From Takakia lepidozioides (lineage: Eukaryota > Plantae > Bryophyta), in assembly GCA_030704615.1 (NCBI GenBank), contig CM060731.1, positions 62,930,001-62,994,000 on the forward strand: a stretch of DNA of 64,000 bases. The letters run 5' to 3'. The notes under the pieces were generated by a model. The model ran no database searches. It saw nothing but the letters and a program-made list of their open reading frames with translations, and had not been told where the DNA came from. The translations under genes were made by a program, and so were the position numbers. Positions 37,796 through 52,332 of this stretch are shown here, in pieces; the stretch's first letter is position 1; each line of letters opens with the position of its first letter.

Positions 37796-40700
37796 GCCAT
37801 CATACCGCAGTCGGGTAGGCGGTTCAGTGAGTCCCCCACCCACCGCACTTACCACGACCCCCATAGCTAGTATGCCGTCACCCTGACCACGCTCTCAGGG
37901 CTCCTCAAAAAACCAATTTTCATTGGCCTCTAAGACTTTCCATCCATTTGGGATAAGTGCAGGATCAGGTGGCTCAAAAACGGCAGATCTGACCTCCACG
38001 AAAGTCCATGGGCAAAATTTTAATTTATGTTTTTTGTTGAAATATATTTTTATACTCATAGATAATGATATGCCTAACATTTTTGGTAAAGGGTCCATCC
38101 TAAATATTTGAGAATCGAGTTATAAGAACTTACATAATGACAACCTATTGTCATTGAAGATTTCTACCCATTTTTTAACACCATGGACTTTTGAAAATTT
38201 GGGTATATTTGGAGGTATATAAAAGTCTATAGCACACTAACAAATGAATGAATTTGTCTACAAATTCATCTATGTCTCTTATTCCTCAACGATAATTTAT
38301 ATTTGGAGTCCATGTGTAAAATGACTAAGTGCAAGTTAGTATTTGAAAATCCAATCGTAGACAAACCGAGAACGTAATAGCCCGGAGTGCAAGTCCTGAA
38401 AAGTCCATAGCTCCATGAAAAACAATCTAACTTGCAAAATAATCATACCACCATGTAGATATGGTAGATGGCTAGCAACATTCTATCTTAATTGGGACAA
38501 AAATAAACTTATTTGCACAACGTTACAGATAATATGAAGAACCCTCACTGAAAAACTGCAGTATGATATCCAAACTTAGCAACCTTAGCCTGCACTCAAC
38601 CTTTGAATTTAAAACTATAGATCTTTCAAAGTTATTATAGTTTAAAGAATATTTCTCATTAGTTTATTAAGCCCAAAAACAGTATAAAAGATGAGCAATC
38701 CCCCTTTGTTGGTCACTAACTTGTGCTTTCCTCTCTGCTTGTGTTGTTTGCTTTGTTTATTTCATAGTAGCTAGAGTTGGAATCTAGCCCCATTTTTGCT
38801 CGAGGAGGCCATAAGTCATGTGAAGAGTAGGAGCTGCAGGCTTCTAGGGATAGGGTATCTTGGGGCGGAGCCTAATTAGGTGGGTAGCTGAGTTGAGTAG
38901 AAGCCACCCACCCATTGTCATCTGGCATTGAGGCCATTTGCTTTGTTATGAAAAGATGTAGGGCGGATTGTGAAGAGAAGATCAGGTGGAAGGTCTAAGA
39001 TTTGGATCCGGATGTTATCTAGTCTTAGATGCTCTTAGGTTTTGGGTATGCATAACTGTTTAGTCAGGGGGTTGGGCATACTAGTGTGGCTCCCGCAGGA
39101 AGCTCCAGGGTGTTGGGAGTAAAGCCGGGGGGATGACAAGAATATAGCCAGGGCGGATAAGCTCCCAAAAGTTGGGATGAGGCCTGCCGCCATTAGTGTG
39201 GGCCCCCGCGGGAAGCCTAAAGGTGTTGTTGGGCGTATAGAGGGGATGGCCGGAGTATAGCCAGGGGCTTAGAGGCTCCAAGGTGTTGGGGAGGTGAGGC
39301 ATGAGCCAGGGAGATACCCCTTAACTCTGCGCTACTGGACCTTACACACCCCAAGCTCCTATCCGTGAGGGAGACAATCCATAGTGACGGACCGTCGGAG
39401 GTAGGCATTACCCGTGGGGTAATGTCGGGGTAAGGTTTTGAGTTCAAACCCTCTTCGAGGTTGACCTCTAAATTTTTTTGTCTGTAAAATTCTTGGGAAG
39501 GGGGTTTGTATGTGATTCAAGGAGGCAAGAAAAAACCTAGGGAAAATAAACGAAGAACTATAGCCCGCAACGAAACTGGGGGCGATCAAAAGCACTACCC
39601 CGGTCCATCCCGGATTAGTGATGAGCAAATGTCGCCCTGGTGGCTAGGGGGGGGTATGAACTTGCATTAACAAGAAATGCACTAGAGTTTGAGTGGAGAT
39701 ATGGGGGGACCGTCCAATTCACTTGTTTTAATAGCGTGTCAATGACGTTTTGTTAGCTTTGAATGATTTTCATTCACAGAGGAGTGATTTATCATCCAAA
39801 AGGAGAAAACAACCATTCATGGAAATAGATAGAAATTGCAGTCATAATAAATGGGGACCAAGGTCTCCCTACAAAAGAAAGGCCATCACACATAATTTGC
39901 GTGTCCCAGGGTGTTCCCTTGATCCCCTGGGGGACTTCACTTCGTACCTTTAGGATCTGGGTGAGATTCCGTCTCCATAAGAATTTTCTATATTTTCAGG
40001 ATTCATTAGAGTGGGGTTTTTTTGAATTCCTTATTAAAGCAAAAAACAAACAATAGGCAAATTGGAATTGGAATGTATCCGAACCCCACAAAAGACGACT
40101 CAGTAGTACATTCGCTCACACACAGGCCCACGAAAACACAAGATGCATGCAACGAGCGCATTGGAGAGGTGTGTTTGTATATATGCGTCGGAAAGACTGG
40201 CAGAGAAGGAAAGTGGCTGCACTTGAAGCCGAGCTTCACGGCATTGTGGAAATAAAGATAGACACTTTCCAGTTTTGGCGGATATTCTGATGCGCTGTGG
40301 AGAGCTGGTGGGCGGGGTGTGGAGTACATGGCATGTGCCAGGCTGGGAAGCATGTATAAGTACAAACAAGGCTCCATGTGACAAGTGATGCGGACACAGG
40401 GTACGGTAATGCAAGCATGCATGGTTGCCGAGGGGATGACGCTCAAAGGCGACAGCGTATCAAGGGCGAGATGCAGATGATCCAGTCTCAGTGTGCAGCT
40501 GCCGAAAAATGATAACGACGCCTTTGGATAGTTGGGCCTACATTTGCAGATGAGGTTATGAAACTGGCCAGAAACTATGGTGGGCTAGGTGTTTTTTTCA
40601 AGCGTGCAACCAACATGAGACTCCGTGCGAGATGACTTGAGTCGGAGCTGTCTCGAAGTGCGGTTGAGTCATCAAAACAATGACGCGGCTTGGCAAGGGC

Positions 40701-43089
40701 ACGAAGTTCATCTGAACAGAAGAGTTGGAAAGCAGAATGCCTGCAATGATACAAGAGTGTTTTACGGCGAGCGGCTTGTGGATGTGGAGGCGTTTGTAAA
40801 CATTTGCATCTTCGATAATGTATCTCCATGGTTGAGTTGTACAGAACCAAGCAAGCCACTCTATAACATATGCAAGCACTTCATTGTTTTTATCGTTTTT
40901 TGTTCACAAACAAACACAACATGCCCTTGTTGTTTATGCGCTAGAGCGGTTCAAAAACTGTGTTCGAGAGATGACGTATGTTGAGAGAAGACAACTTTTC
41001 AAATTCAGCAACGACTATTCTTTCTTCTCATACGAAAGGCATCAAATATGAAGGCCAACCCAACGATACTCACAACACCTGCTTCAATAGCTTGCTACAT
41101 AACTAACCCAGGGTGGACATATGCTACTATGAGAAAAATGAGTACAATGAAAATGAAGCGAAACGGACATATGTAGCTCTCAAAACAGGTGGGGATTTTA
41201 GGATCGATGAGAGGCAGGGCAGCGCTCACCAAGTTTTCACTGGTGTTGTTTAACACAGTTAAGTAGAAGAATAGTGGAGTCGTCTTCGGACCGCTCATGT
41301 AACTTGTCGCATCTCATGTCCCGTGAGGTGCCAAAGTGGGGTTATGGCATGGTATGTTGAGGGCAAACCACAACAAAAAGAGAGATGGGGTGGGCGAGTT
41401 TTAAGGGAACGACTTGTACATATGGAGCCTCTTATTGGGGGGCGTTAGACGTTACGATTGAGTGAAGAGACATCACATAAGAAGCATGATCTGCATATGG
41501 TGAGGCTGGAGGAGTAAGCAACAAATATCGAGACAAAGTGGCTACTTCATTGACATGTGAAGTGTTATTAAGTTAATGATTGGGGATCTGCTAGTTAAGT
41601 TCTATGCCATCACCCATGGGGCACACGTCAATGGCTCGCAAATCAAGCATTTAAAATAATTAAAATGTTGCAACCGTATGTATTTGTGTCATCAAGTGAC
41701 AGATCGTCACAGAGAATTATGTGTTGGTCTCTCCGTATACCTTTGGAGTTATTGCATAAAGACATAGGATCGCAGCCAACCCCACGAGATTCACACAGAA
41801 AAATACTTCAATGCCAAGTATCTTTACATATTTGCTTTTAGATGAAAATTTCCAAAGCTCTAGCCCCTCCATTAACGCCCCGGCACGGGAGCCCTGGGAA
41901 TATGCCCACCTCTCCCAGCTTGATGAAACATATTCATCGTTATGAAAGAGTGCATACCAAGCTATCATCCTCCAGTATCTCTTCACAGGTGGTTCTTCAT
42001 GTGAAACAAACCACAGTTTATCTAATACGGCTAATACAACAACATTTTTTTCAATGAACTTCAGTATTTGCACGCCATCCTCTTGATCTTGGAGTAAGAC
42101 AAGCCACCGTTAACAACCGGCACGTTAGGCATGCCTCATGTCAAATATCCACAAAAGAATTGAAAATATGACCTCCCGTCCAAGGCTTGTCCTCCCAAAA
42201 TCCTAGATTTAATCTACCAATGGCGCATTAGATAATGGCTCATAACCCTTAGAGGGATATAAATTGAATCTAATAGCTAAAGCATAATACCCCCCTTTAA
42301 GGAATTTGCAGACGCATTTGCCCGCTGGGTAAAAACGCCCCTGCCACGTGGCGGGCGCAGATCCGCGCGTAGCGGTCCAAGCCCGTGACCGCTGCGGTTA
42401 ACGCTGGCGTCCGCCGGTCCGTCTCAGTTTTGATTATCCTACGGTAAAGACCGCGCCCCTGCTCGCACGCCTCAAACCTCACGGCCTGAGCCCCTCGTGC
42501 GATGTACTATGCCTCAGTACAGAAAGAACTTAAAGGTCAGGACGCTGGGGCAACCGCTCAAAACCCGCGTCCCCGTACGTCGTGACTGGACCACGGCTGC
42601 CTCCACGCTTTTATATCGATGCCTACTCTTTAGGGCGCAGCACCCGGGCTCCTCCCGGGCTGCTCGCGATTTTTGGGGCAGTTGCTGCCCAGCGAAATGA
42701 CCCGCCAAACCCAAGACAAAAAAATACAACCCACCCTCCCTGCCGCCATGACTTACTAGTGGGGGGGGGGGGTGGTGGGGGATACGCACATAATGGCCTT
42801 AGAGTAACCTTATATCATAGATCTAGTCTGTTGGCCTTCTTTTTTCAGAGCTGGCTATATTTCAAATTAGTACCAAAACACAAGATTATTTCTTCAAACA
42901 ATTCATATACAAGTTTCTATTGGTACCATTTTCAATAAGCTATGGGGTTTTTCCCCTTATCAATTTTTGACATGAAATAGTGGGATTCCATAATGCACTC
43001 TCCTCTTTTGAAGAACCTAAATTAGATTTTCAACTTCAAGCTTTGCTTGGAAAATAAATGAATCACATACATAAATGGTGAAATGATAA

Positions 43090-44680
43090 GATGGGATCAA
43101 CCTTTCAATGCGAGAGTGCTTGGGATGCTCTATCGACTCAAGTAATGTTATTCTATGCGGCCTCCACTTGGGCTCTCGTCATAGTCCACACAACCCCTCC
43201 TACTCGTCCTCAAGTCACTTTCCTCCACATGAAATTGCCCTCTTCCTTCACAAATGAAATGGCTCAAAGGCCCACAAGCTAGGCCACTTGTCTTAGCTTA
43301 AAAGAATTCTACCTAACTAGGGAGCTTCAAGCTCCACTTCCTAGGATCTAGCCTCCCTCAAGCTTGCCCCTTCTTATATACTGTTTTAGAGTCTAATAAA
43401 TTAATAGAAAATATTCATTAAACTTTTGTTTCCTTGGAGGATCTATAATATAATATTTAACATGGATGAAAAGTCTTGGAGGCAAATGAAAGCTGGCTTT
43501 TCATCCATCCAATTGGATGACCAGTTGGCGCGAGTTGTCATTTCATCCATCCAGCTCCTCAAGGCGAATTCCAGATTTTTCATCCATCCAAGAAGTAGAA
43601 ATGCAAATAATAGGCCCTGTGAGTGCCATCGTTTCAATAATTTGGCCCTGCTGCTAATCAGCTCCATAAATCACCAAACTTGGTGGAAAACTACAATTAT
43701 ATACCCCGTATCACCCTGTAAATTCTCAGCTCCATCGGTGGTAAAAACAATTGCGCTTCTCGCCATTCGTCGTATTTTCGCTACATATAGATTTTGTGGT
43801 ATTTCTGGAAATCAAATCCCTGGTGATGGCTCTGGGGTCTTTGACCCTGCCACTTAGTCATAGGTTGTCCAGAGTCCCCTCCAGTTGTCCCGCACCACTA
43901 ACAGGTCCACGCTTCGTCGTTTGAAGTCGTCCTGACCTGCTGTCATTCCGATGCGGCCAATTGCTTTGTTGCGATATTTCATCGCTGTACATGTCGCTTC
44001 CACCAATTGCCAAGCTCCTCGCCGTGTGTTCCTACTGGACTTGAAAGGCGGGAGAAAAGAGAGATCGCAATCTGGGGCTGGAACAGTTGTCTTGTAATGT
44101 TCGAACATGATTACCTCGTCATTTCTGGTACCGAATTGGCTGCCTAATCTGCTGGTCGTCTCTAATTTCCTACGTGCTTTACCAACGATTTCCAGACAAC
44201 TAACAAACTAACCTGTTTTGGCAGTACAATGCCGAAATCGCTTGTCTTATGATCAAAAACGATCGGAAAAGAAAAGTGTACCGATATATGCATCTATATT
44301 TTTCATCCATCCTTGTGGATGACCAGTTGACGCGAGTTGTCATTCATCCATTCCTCCTCAGGGCGAATTTTCATCCATCCATAAAGCAAAAACTCAAATA
44401 ATCGGCTTCCGTGAGTGTCGTTGACTTGATAATTTGGTGCCATTACTAATCTCTTCCATAAATCACCAAACTTGGTGACAAATTATAATTGAACACCTTG
44501 TAGATGCCTGCAAAGTTTCAGGGTGATTGGGGATGACCATATATTTCAATCGCCGGTTTTTGCCATTTCGCCATATAGGAAGTTGTTCCTTCCTGGAAAA
44601 TAATTAACTGATGGTGCCCTTGGGGGTCTTTGGCCTTGCTACTGACTCCCCGACTGCGGGAGGCATCTCCTTCTTAAACT

Positions 44681-44713
<33 letters not shown>

Positions 44714-44824
44714 CTAGCAAATATCATTATTTTGACACCACAATGTCCGAACTGTCTTCATAATGAATTAAAAACGATCGAAAAATAACTGTACGCATTT
44801 ATGCATCTACACGTACCCCCAAAT
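43090..44824 (-). mobile_element. LTR-like repeat family C with an internal partial duplication and adjacent PPT-like tract
   Basis: Minus strand reads TTTGGGGGTACG|TGTAGATGCA at 44824-44802, a G-rich tract followed by a TG start. Segment ~43500-44297 is partly repeated at ~44300-44811. Confidence 0.6.
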
Positions 44825-47569
44825 CGTTGAAAAATTGTGTCTTGGCCTCTAAAAGGGTTTGTCGTAATGGACCTCTTAAATCCACCGTTCCATCCTCCAC
44901 AAGAGTAAAGTTATCTCCTCCCATCATGTACTGAATTCGAAGTGAAATAAAGGGCGATGATGATGACTTGTCGGCCAAGAATTATCGTTGTAGATCTCGC
45001 ATTTCGCTCCCTTTCGAACAAGCATATGAGACTCGTAGTGAGAACGAGATAGGCGAGCAACTCACAGTTATGATTGTATCAAAAGCTATATTATCGACGG
45101 AGTTAGCATTGCCAGCGGTCATGGATTTGATCACCGGAACACTGGCTGAGGATGTCTTCCCCGAAGATACCTTGCATGGGATGGTAGAGCGGTTGAAGAC
45201 GTGGCGAAACCAACAACTCCATGAAGGTCATGGCGCTGAGGAGGTTGCATTTTAGACAAAGTACCGACGCCAGAAAGAAGCTTGATCCAATCTCTAGATA
45301 TGTCATTTTCGCACCGTAGTAGTGACGAAGTATCGAGACACCATTGCTCAACTACCATCTCTTACGTTGAAGGTAAAATCAAACGCCTTGAAAGCCTCCA
45401 CCACTTCCTCATTTTTTATCTCATGCATGCGTAGCCAGGCTTTTTGGAATGCATGCCAGAATCGAGCTCAGTTGCCGGTTGACACTATCTCATCCTGTAC
45501 CAAAATCATGAGACATTTCAGTGTACAATGCATTCGGTTTACACGGTTTCTGCGCTACACAAAGACAAATGCTTCTATACTACTGTTGTGGTTCTATCAT
45601 AGAAGAATATAATGCCTGAGTATACCTGCTGGGGTATACCTTGTCGTTGTTATATCATATTGTTTTACATGTACCCTATCAGAATTTCATAACCCGGGGG
45701 GGGGGGGAATTCAACAGAACGTACCAAAGGTGGGATTGTGATGGGTATTGGTGTAGGTTTGGTTCGAATGAACCGTCCATCCGGATGCGGCTAGTGCAAA
45801 GAGGGTCCAAGGACTGCTAGTGGGGAATAACTATTTACAAATGACCAATTCTCAGTCCTACCGGCAAGGAGGGAGTCCAATTTTCATTTCTCATAGGGTG
45901 AGATTGCGTTTCTAATACATACGGTTAATTTTTTATGTTGTTTTTAATTATTAAATTACCTTCCAAGTCCTTGTTTTATTACTAGTTCATACAAGTCTAA
46001 ACCCCTGAGGTGCTTATATCTGGGGCGAATTAATTCTAACCATTCCACAAAGCGTCTAATCCAAATTTATAGAGGAAGAGTAAACACCTCTTCCCAATAC
46101 CCGTTCAACTCCTTGGTGGTTGAGTTCAACTTATCCCTAGGGAGAGGCCAATCGTCTATTTAAAACCCAATTATTGATTTTAATGGGGGTCCGGATAATT
46201 CAGCATTCAATGGCTCTAATTTACAGATTAAATAATGCAAAATAATAAATATCCAACAATTTAAAAAAAAAATCCGTATGAATAGAAAATCTTAAGGGGA
46301 TTCCAAAGATCCACTGGTATCTCCAAGGGAATATAAGAACCTCTTGGGAACGCCTTCTTTCGTGAGGAAGAGCTCCCAAAGGTGGGGAGAACTAGCTCCC
46401 AAGTTTGAAGACCGAATGATTACTTAAGATGCCCCTATCCATCCAGCTTAGAGGAAAAATGTGCAAGATAAGTAAAAAAAAAACAAAAAAAACATGCTTA
46501 AAATAATAATAAAATAACTTCAATGGTGGTACCTCATTTTTTCCACTGAGTTGACCCTCTAGAGTACATCGCTTCTAGAATTATTTGGTAAAAGAGGGCG
46601 TTATACCACCGGAACTGGTCATCCCCTACTTCTTGATCCTACACTATTCAATCACTGTAGCCTTAACTCAAAGGGTAGAGTACTTTTGTATTTCTTGCTA
46701 TTTCTGAAGTAAGCTTTTCCACGCTCTTCCATCTTTAGGGACCAAAAAACATATCGATGGAAAGCCCTCGTCCGGGGCTACAACATATATCAGATCTAAG
46801 ATTAAATGATGTTAGTAATAGAAGTTTTATAAGGGTTGGAAATCAAATACCAAATGGAAATCCAAATACCATTTACACAACGACCAATGGTCGGTGGAGA
46901 GAGGCGGCAACCCTCGCCTATGTGGCAAGGCGCTAGTGGACGCGGCCAGCGGCACTGGCAGGATCCGCGTGGCCACCGTCCAAGCGAATCTTGGGACGTT
47001 GGGTCAATACCCAGCTGTCCTCCGAGATAAATAAAATGGCGCGCGTATCCTCTCGTGGGTTGGATTCTGGCTGCACGGCAGTATGTCAAAACAATCAACG
47101 GCTCCCCTCGGGGTACGTGCGGCGCCCAGCCCTTCGGCGCTTTGGCCCGGGATACTCCCGGCTATTGACCAGCGTATGATGATGGCTATGCTCCACCCAA
47201 TAGCCCCTACCCGGGCTATGGCTGTTGTGGGCAGCCCCTATAAAATATAAATTAAACTAAACTATCCAACCCTGTCTCCAAATGTCATCTCTTTCTCTTT
47301 CTTGGGATAAATGGATCTTTGTTGAGCCAATACTTCCAGCTCCAAGCTATGTAACACTTTAGCTCTGTTTAATAAATAAGTATTAAAAAATAATCAAAAT
47401 ATATATGGAATGCCTTTGGTTCTTCCTACCTCTTTCAGACAGGTTTTGAACTTATGGAGAATCATTCATTGATGTTGCAACATGTTTCATCTTCCATTAG
47501 ATGGCTTCTTTGACTCTGGACATTCTAATCAACTCTCTTTGGCCGTGCATCACATAAATAAAATAAATA

Positions 47570-48530
47570 AAATAAACAAAAATGAAGGAAAGATGAGAGA
47601 GAAATCACCCTTGGGTCATGTGTGGTGCTTGTGATGCTCTATGACTCGGTGCTATGGATCTACTTGCGGCCCTTCTTTGGTGCTCATCAATCTAGTCCAC
47701 CCCGACTCTCCTACTCCTCTCCAAATTGCCCTGCTCTACGCGCCGATGTTTCCAAAACTTTCCATTTATATTTAAAAAAATGGATTTTATAGCCTACAAA
47801 AGAACTATGGTCTTCCTCTTAGTCTCCACTACAATGCTTTCCTAATACTAGAGAGCTCAAGCTCTACACTCTAGGACCTAGGCTCTCCTTTGGCAAACTA
47901 GACTAAGACACAAAGACAAGAAAAACAAAACAAGAGGTGCAAGCACAAAGGTAGGCACAAAGGTGAAGGACACGAGGACCTTGTCATTCGTCTATACTAC
48001 TCTAGAGCTAAGGGGCAGTAGCCGCAAGACGAAGTGGCTCTTAGTTACGCCGGCTTCGGTTGGAGTCTTCTCTCTATAGCTAATAAAATAATAGAAAATA
48101 ATAATAAAATAATAAGATCTAATAGGGAAATTGATGAGGGGCCCAATAAAATAATAAGAAACAGAATATGTCAAAGTTTCGGACGGAATTTTCCTTGGAT
48201 GGAATGGAAAACCTTTTGGATGGGATGAATTTGGTAAAGTCATCCCTATGATGAATGAAGATTCATTGAGTGTCCTACAAGTGAACTTGGCTTCTCTTGG
48301 GCCAATCAGAAAATAAAAAAACAAATATTAAACGGGCGCCGCAAGCGCTTTGGCCTTGAAATTCGGTGCCATAAAATCTTAACAAAAAGCCCTCAAGTTT
48401 AATGGGAAATTTATGTTAAATACCCTTGACGTCCCTGCAAATTCACAAGTTGATCAGAGCTAGAAAACATCTCCAAAACGTCGTTATGTTTTGAGCCGTC
48501 GCATATGAAGTCTGTTGTTTCTTGCAGAAA
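47570..48530 (-). mobile_element. LTR-like repeat family C, diverged copy interrupted by a family A insertion
   Basis: CTAGAGAGCTCAAGCTCTACACTCTAGGACCTAGG at 47848 and collinear diverged flanks. Confidence 0.5.
48012..48071 (+). mobile_element. Family A short retroposon, copy 2, with 12-bp TSD
   Basis: Flanked by CTCTAGAGCTAA (48000-48011) and CTCTATAGCTAA (48072-48083). Confidence 0.75.
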
Positions 48531-50409
48531 ATCCTAATGATGGTGTTTCTATGGGTCTTTGATCTAACCGTTGGATCATCAAAATCATAGTTGCATATGT
48601 CACGTCTGTCACGTCAAGTCGCGTCGCGTCAAAACTGACGCTAACGCGACCTACTATTAGTAAAATAATAATAAAAATAATCATAATTTTTATTTTTGGT
48701 TTTTTTATTTTTATTTATTTATAATTGGGCGCGACCAACAATTACGGGGGTCGCACATATTAACAAATCTCTTAATAATAGATATCAGGGTCTTTAAGGC
48801 GTAGATATGTACTTGCGGTGGAGCCCACGTATAGCAAATGGTCATGAAAGGTGGAAGTGTCTCTATCCTTCAGAGGGTCCGCTATTGCTCGGTTTGTTGC
48901 TCGGTCTGTCGCAGCTAGATCCGTTAGATGGCAAGCGAGTCCACTGCGGTATGTCCCAGCTAAGAGAGGTCCATGACCTGCCTGCATGCTCTAGTACTGC
49001 ACATAAAAGATTTAATATTTTCAAGGTTTTTATAAAGTTCTATGTAGTGTGATGGTTAAGAGCAAGAATAAGATGTATGAGGTTTGATGTTTAATTCTTG
49101 TCAAGTGTCATATGTGTTAACAATGAAACATTTTGTATACTTGTTCTTCCGAAAATTTTCTTAAGTCTTTATTCTTCTACGGTTGGGGTAGGCGTGGTGG
49201 ACTCGTTTGTGTTTTGTGACCTCATATGCACCGGCGGATGGACGTCCCAACCTTGGCCTGCAAAGTAGACCCTCCAGCAGCCTCTCTAAAATGGACTGGA
49301 CTGTCCAATGGACCTTCCAACGGACCCGGGTGGATGGGCATTGGGCTTGATCCCATGGGCCGTATTGGCGGGGCCCACATGCGCATTGAAGATCTTAATA
49401 TTGAAAAGTGAGAGGCCACATTAATACACACTATGAAACAAATATATATATGTATATATTCCCAAAAGTTACCCTAGCCAATGATCGTCAACGCACATTT
49501 TCAAAATGAACATGCACAATATGGAAATATTTCCTCTAAAAACACAGAATGTTTTCTTAGCAAGTGATAATCTGAAACGCAAAGAGAAAAAAAAACAATG
49601 CAAGTCCTTTAATCTATTAGAGATTTAATATAATAAATTAAAAATAATAATAACCTAATTTTTAGAGGTCATAACTAGTGTTGTACTGATATGTGTAATA
49701 AGTAGGGTATGTGCAAGGGTGTGTGAGACCATACCCAACTAGTATGTCCTGGAGCACATAGTCTGGGAAAGAACAGTACCTAGGGGTTTTGGGTTTGGGA
49801 CCTACCCGCTGGGAAGAAATCAGTCGAGTCTTTGCAAATTTGGTACCCAGGCGCAGACCAGTACTCGGGGGTGGGGAAGAGGTTGGAGAGGGGTACGTAT
49901 AACGTGATAAGTCAAGGAGAGGGCTCGTGACAAGTTGGGGGGGGGGGGGGGGTCAGTCCCGCAAGAGGATCAGAATGGCTAAACTGGTTAAATAGCTCAT
50001 CCCCATGGTAAGGTGGGTAGAGTGGCTAAAGAGATGGAGGGTCGGGCCTGCGTGGTGTAGAAGGGCGGGTAAGAAGGCGGGCCCGCCATCCGCCACGCTG
50101 GGGCTGAGGACGCGTGCCTCGTTCAAGCTCCACGCCGTAGTTAGTTGTTTCCCACGTTTTTTTTTTCCTATCCTGTTGGTGGAATTTTACAATACAATCA
50201 CTCCTTGAAGAGCTTTGTTATATAGATTCAAGATTCAAGATTCAAACAGGGAGTTTGGAGCACAACAGAGTAACATTCCCAATCATACATACAAGCTGAA
50301 AGGTCCATGGACAGTGGACGAGGTGATAGTTTTGCAAGCAGCAAAATGTGTAGATTGGGTTTCACATGGTCCATGATTGGGGTCCAAAACATTGCATCAT
50401 ACTACAACA

Positions 50410-51420
50410 CAAAGATAGGGTATAGTGGAAGTACCACAAGTCTCCATGAAATCTAATCCAATTATAAAAAGTTGTGTCAAGAAAACCAAGCCTTTGTAGT
50501 GGTACTTAGCAATCCACTTAATTTCACTATGTTGCACTAAAACTGGGAATCTTTTTTGCCAACTCAATGAATTTGGGAGTGTTGCGTGTATTTGGAGAGC
50601 TATTGGGATCCTCCATGTAGGTGGAAGTTCCAATGAGATCGAAGGTAAATAAAAAAAGTTGTGTCAAGAAAACCGATCATTTGTAGTGGTACTTCGCAAT
50701 TCTACCCAATTTCACTATGTTGCACTAAAACTGAGAGTCCTTTTTGGCCAGCTCGAATGGATTCGAGAGTGCCACATGTTTTTGGAGAGCTACTGTGATC
50801 CTCCATGTAGATGCATAAGTTTCAATGAGATCGAAGTTCAACAAAAAAAAGTTGTGTCAAGAAAACCGAGCCAAGTTTATAGTGATGCTTAGCAATTCAT
50901 CCATCCAATTTCACTATGATGCACTACAACTGGGAGTCCCCTCGGCCAACTCAATGAATTTGGGAGTGTCACATGTCTTTGGAGAACTACTGTGATCCTC
51001 TATATAGGTGGATAAGTTTTAATGAGATCGAAGTTCAACAAAAAAAAATTGTGTCAATAAAACTTAGCCTTTGTAGTGATGCTTAACAATTCCACCCAAT
51101 TTCATTATGGTGCACTACAATTGGGAGTCATTTTGGCCAACTCAATGAATTTGGGAATGACATGTGTCTTTGGAAAGCTACTAGGATCTTCCATGTATGT
51201 GTATAAGTTTCAATGAAATCAAAACTAAATAGAAATATGCGTGTCATGAAAACTGAGCCCTTGTAGTGGTGCTTGGTTAGAATTCTACCCATTTTCATTA
51301 TGCTGCACTAACATAACCATCATTTTCGGCCAACTCAGTGAGCTTGAGAGTGAAATATTGTTTTAGAAAGCTACTCTAATCGTCCATATGGGTGCACAAG
51401 TTTCATGCAATCAAAGTTAA
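50410..51420 (+). repeat. Satellite-like tandem repeat, ~190-bp unit x ~5
   Basis: Anchor GTGTCA(A/T)(G/T)AAAAC at 50474, 50661, 50854, 51051 and 51241 (periods 187-197 bp). Confidence 0.9.
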
Positions 51421-52055
51421 ACATCCAATTGATCCAAACATCCAATGTCATTGATACTTACAATACAAATGACAAGTCCAATTGTTGCTTTTCATCTAAT
51501 ATATATGAGGGTTGCGCAATAGCCATTTGCATTTGCATAGCTTCATTTGCTGGAGTACTCCGATCATATTGTTGTCTGTATCCTTCATCATGGTTCATCG
51601 TAAATAATACTGTTCATATTAATCATGGTATTGTGCAAAAAACAACATGCCAGAATTATGGCCCGACACCTTCCTCAAATCTGGTTTGATCATGGGTTTT
51701 TTCAAGATCCGCCATACTCCTTTCAATATCCCAAAAGCACGCTCTATCGCTATACGAATAGAAGAATGTTTGTAGTTGAATGATTTGTAAAGAGGAGAAA
51801 GTGCAGTCTCTGGCCATGGAACAAGCAGCCATGACCATGATGTATATCCAATATCACCTATGGTAGTTTCTCGGATGACTACGCCTTAGATTTTTCTCGT
51901 TGATCCGTTCAATCTCTGCCCATTTTCAACATGAAAATATGAAAGTTCAAAATCAAAAAATATTCTTGAATCGTATACAGACCCCGGAAAGCCAACAAAC
52001 ACATATGAAAATCGCGTTTCTAAATCCACAATAGCTTGAACAATCATATAATCGT

Positions 52056-52298
52056 CACTACACCATTTGGTGGGGGTTAGTGACGCCCCTGACGTCATTA
52101 ATGGCGATTTTCCGACCCCACGGAAATCGCAAATCTGCGACGCTTGAGGTGTCGCAATGGGTCGCAGAATGTAAGACTTAATGTGATGCCAGGGGGTTTG
52201 CAAATCCAACCTCCCTGAAAATTCCCAGTTGCGACGCCCATGGCATCGCAAAATGACTGCGACGCTCTGGACGTCGCAAAATGGCCATACAAGGGGAA

Positions 52299-52332
<34 letters not shown>

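Noticed and set aside
40400-42100. Coding-like stretches, including the 118-aa ORF at 41717-42073
   Set aside because: Frequent stops and no motif I can recognise; probably old TE sequence. Needs BLASTX.
48012-48040. Resemblance of family A to SSU rRNA helix 27 or to group II intron domain V
   Set aside because: Similarity is limited to a GNRA hairpin, with no flanking rRNA or domain V/VI sequence. No hammerhead or hairpin ribozyme core could be matched by eye.
49682-50196. Possible solo LTR (TGTA...TACA)
   Set aside because: No matching target-site duplication and no second copy in the window.
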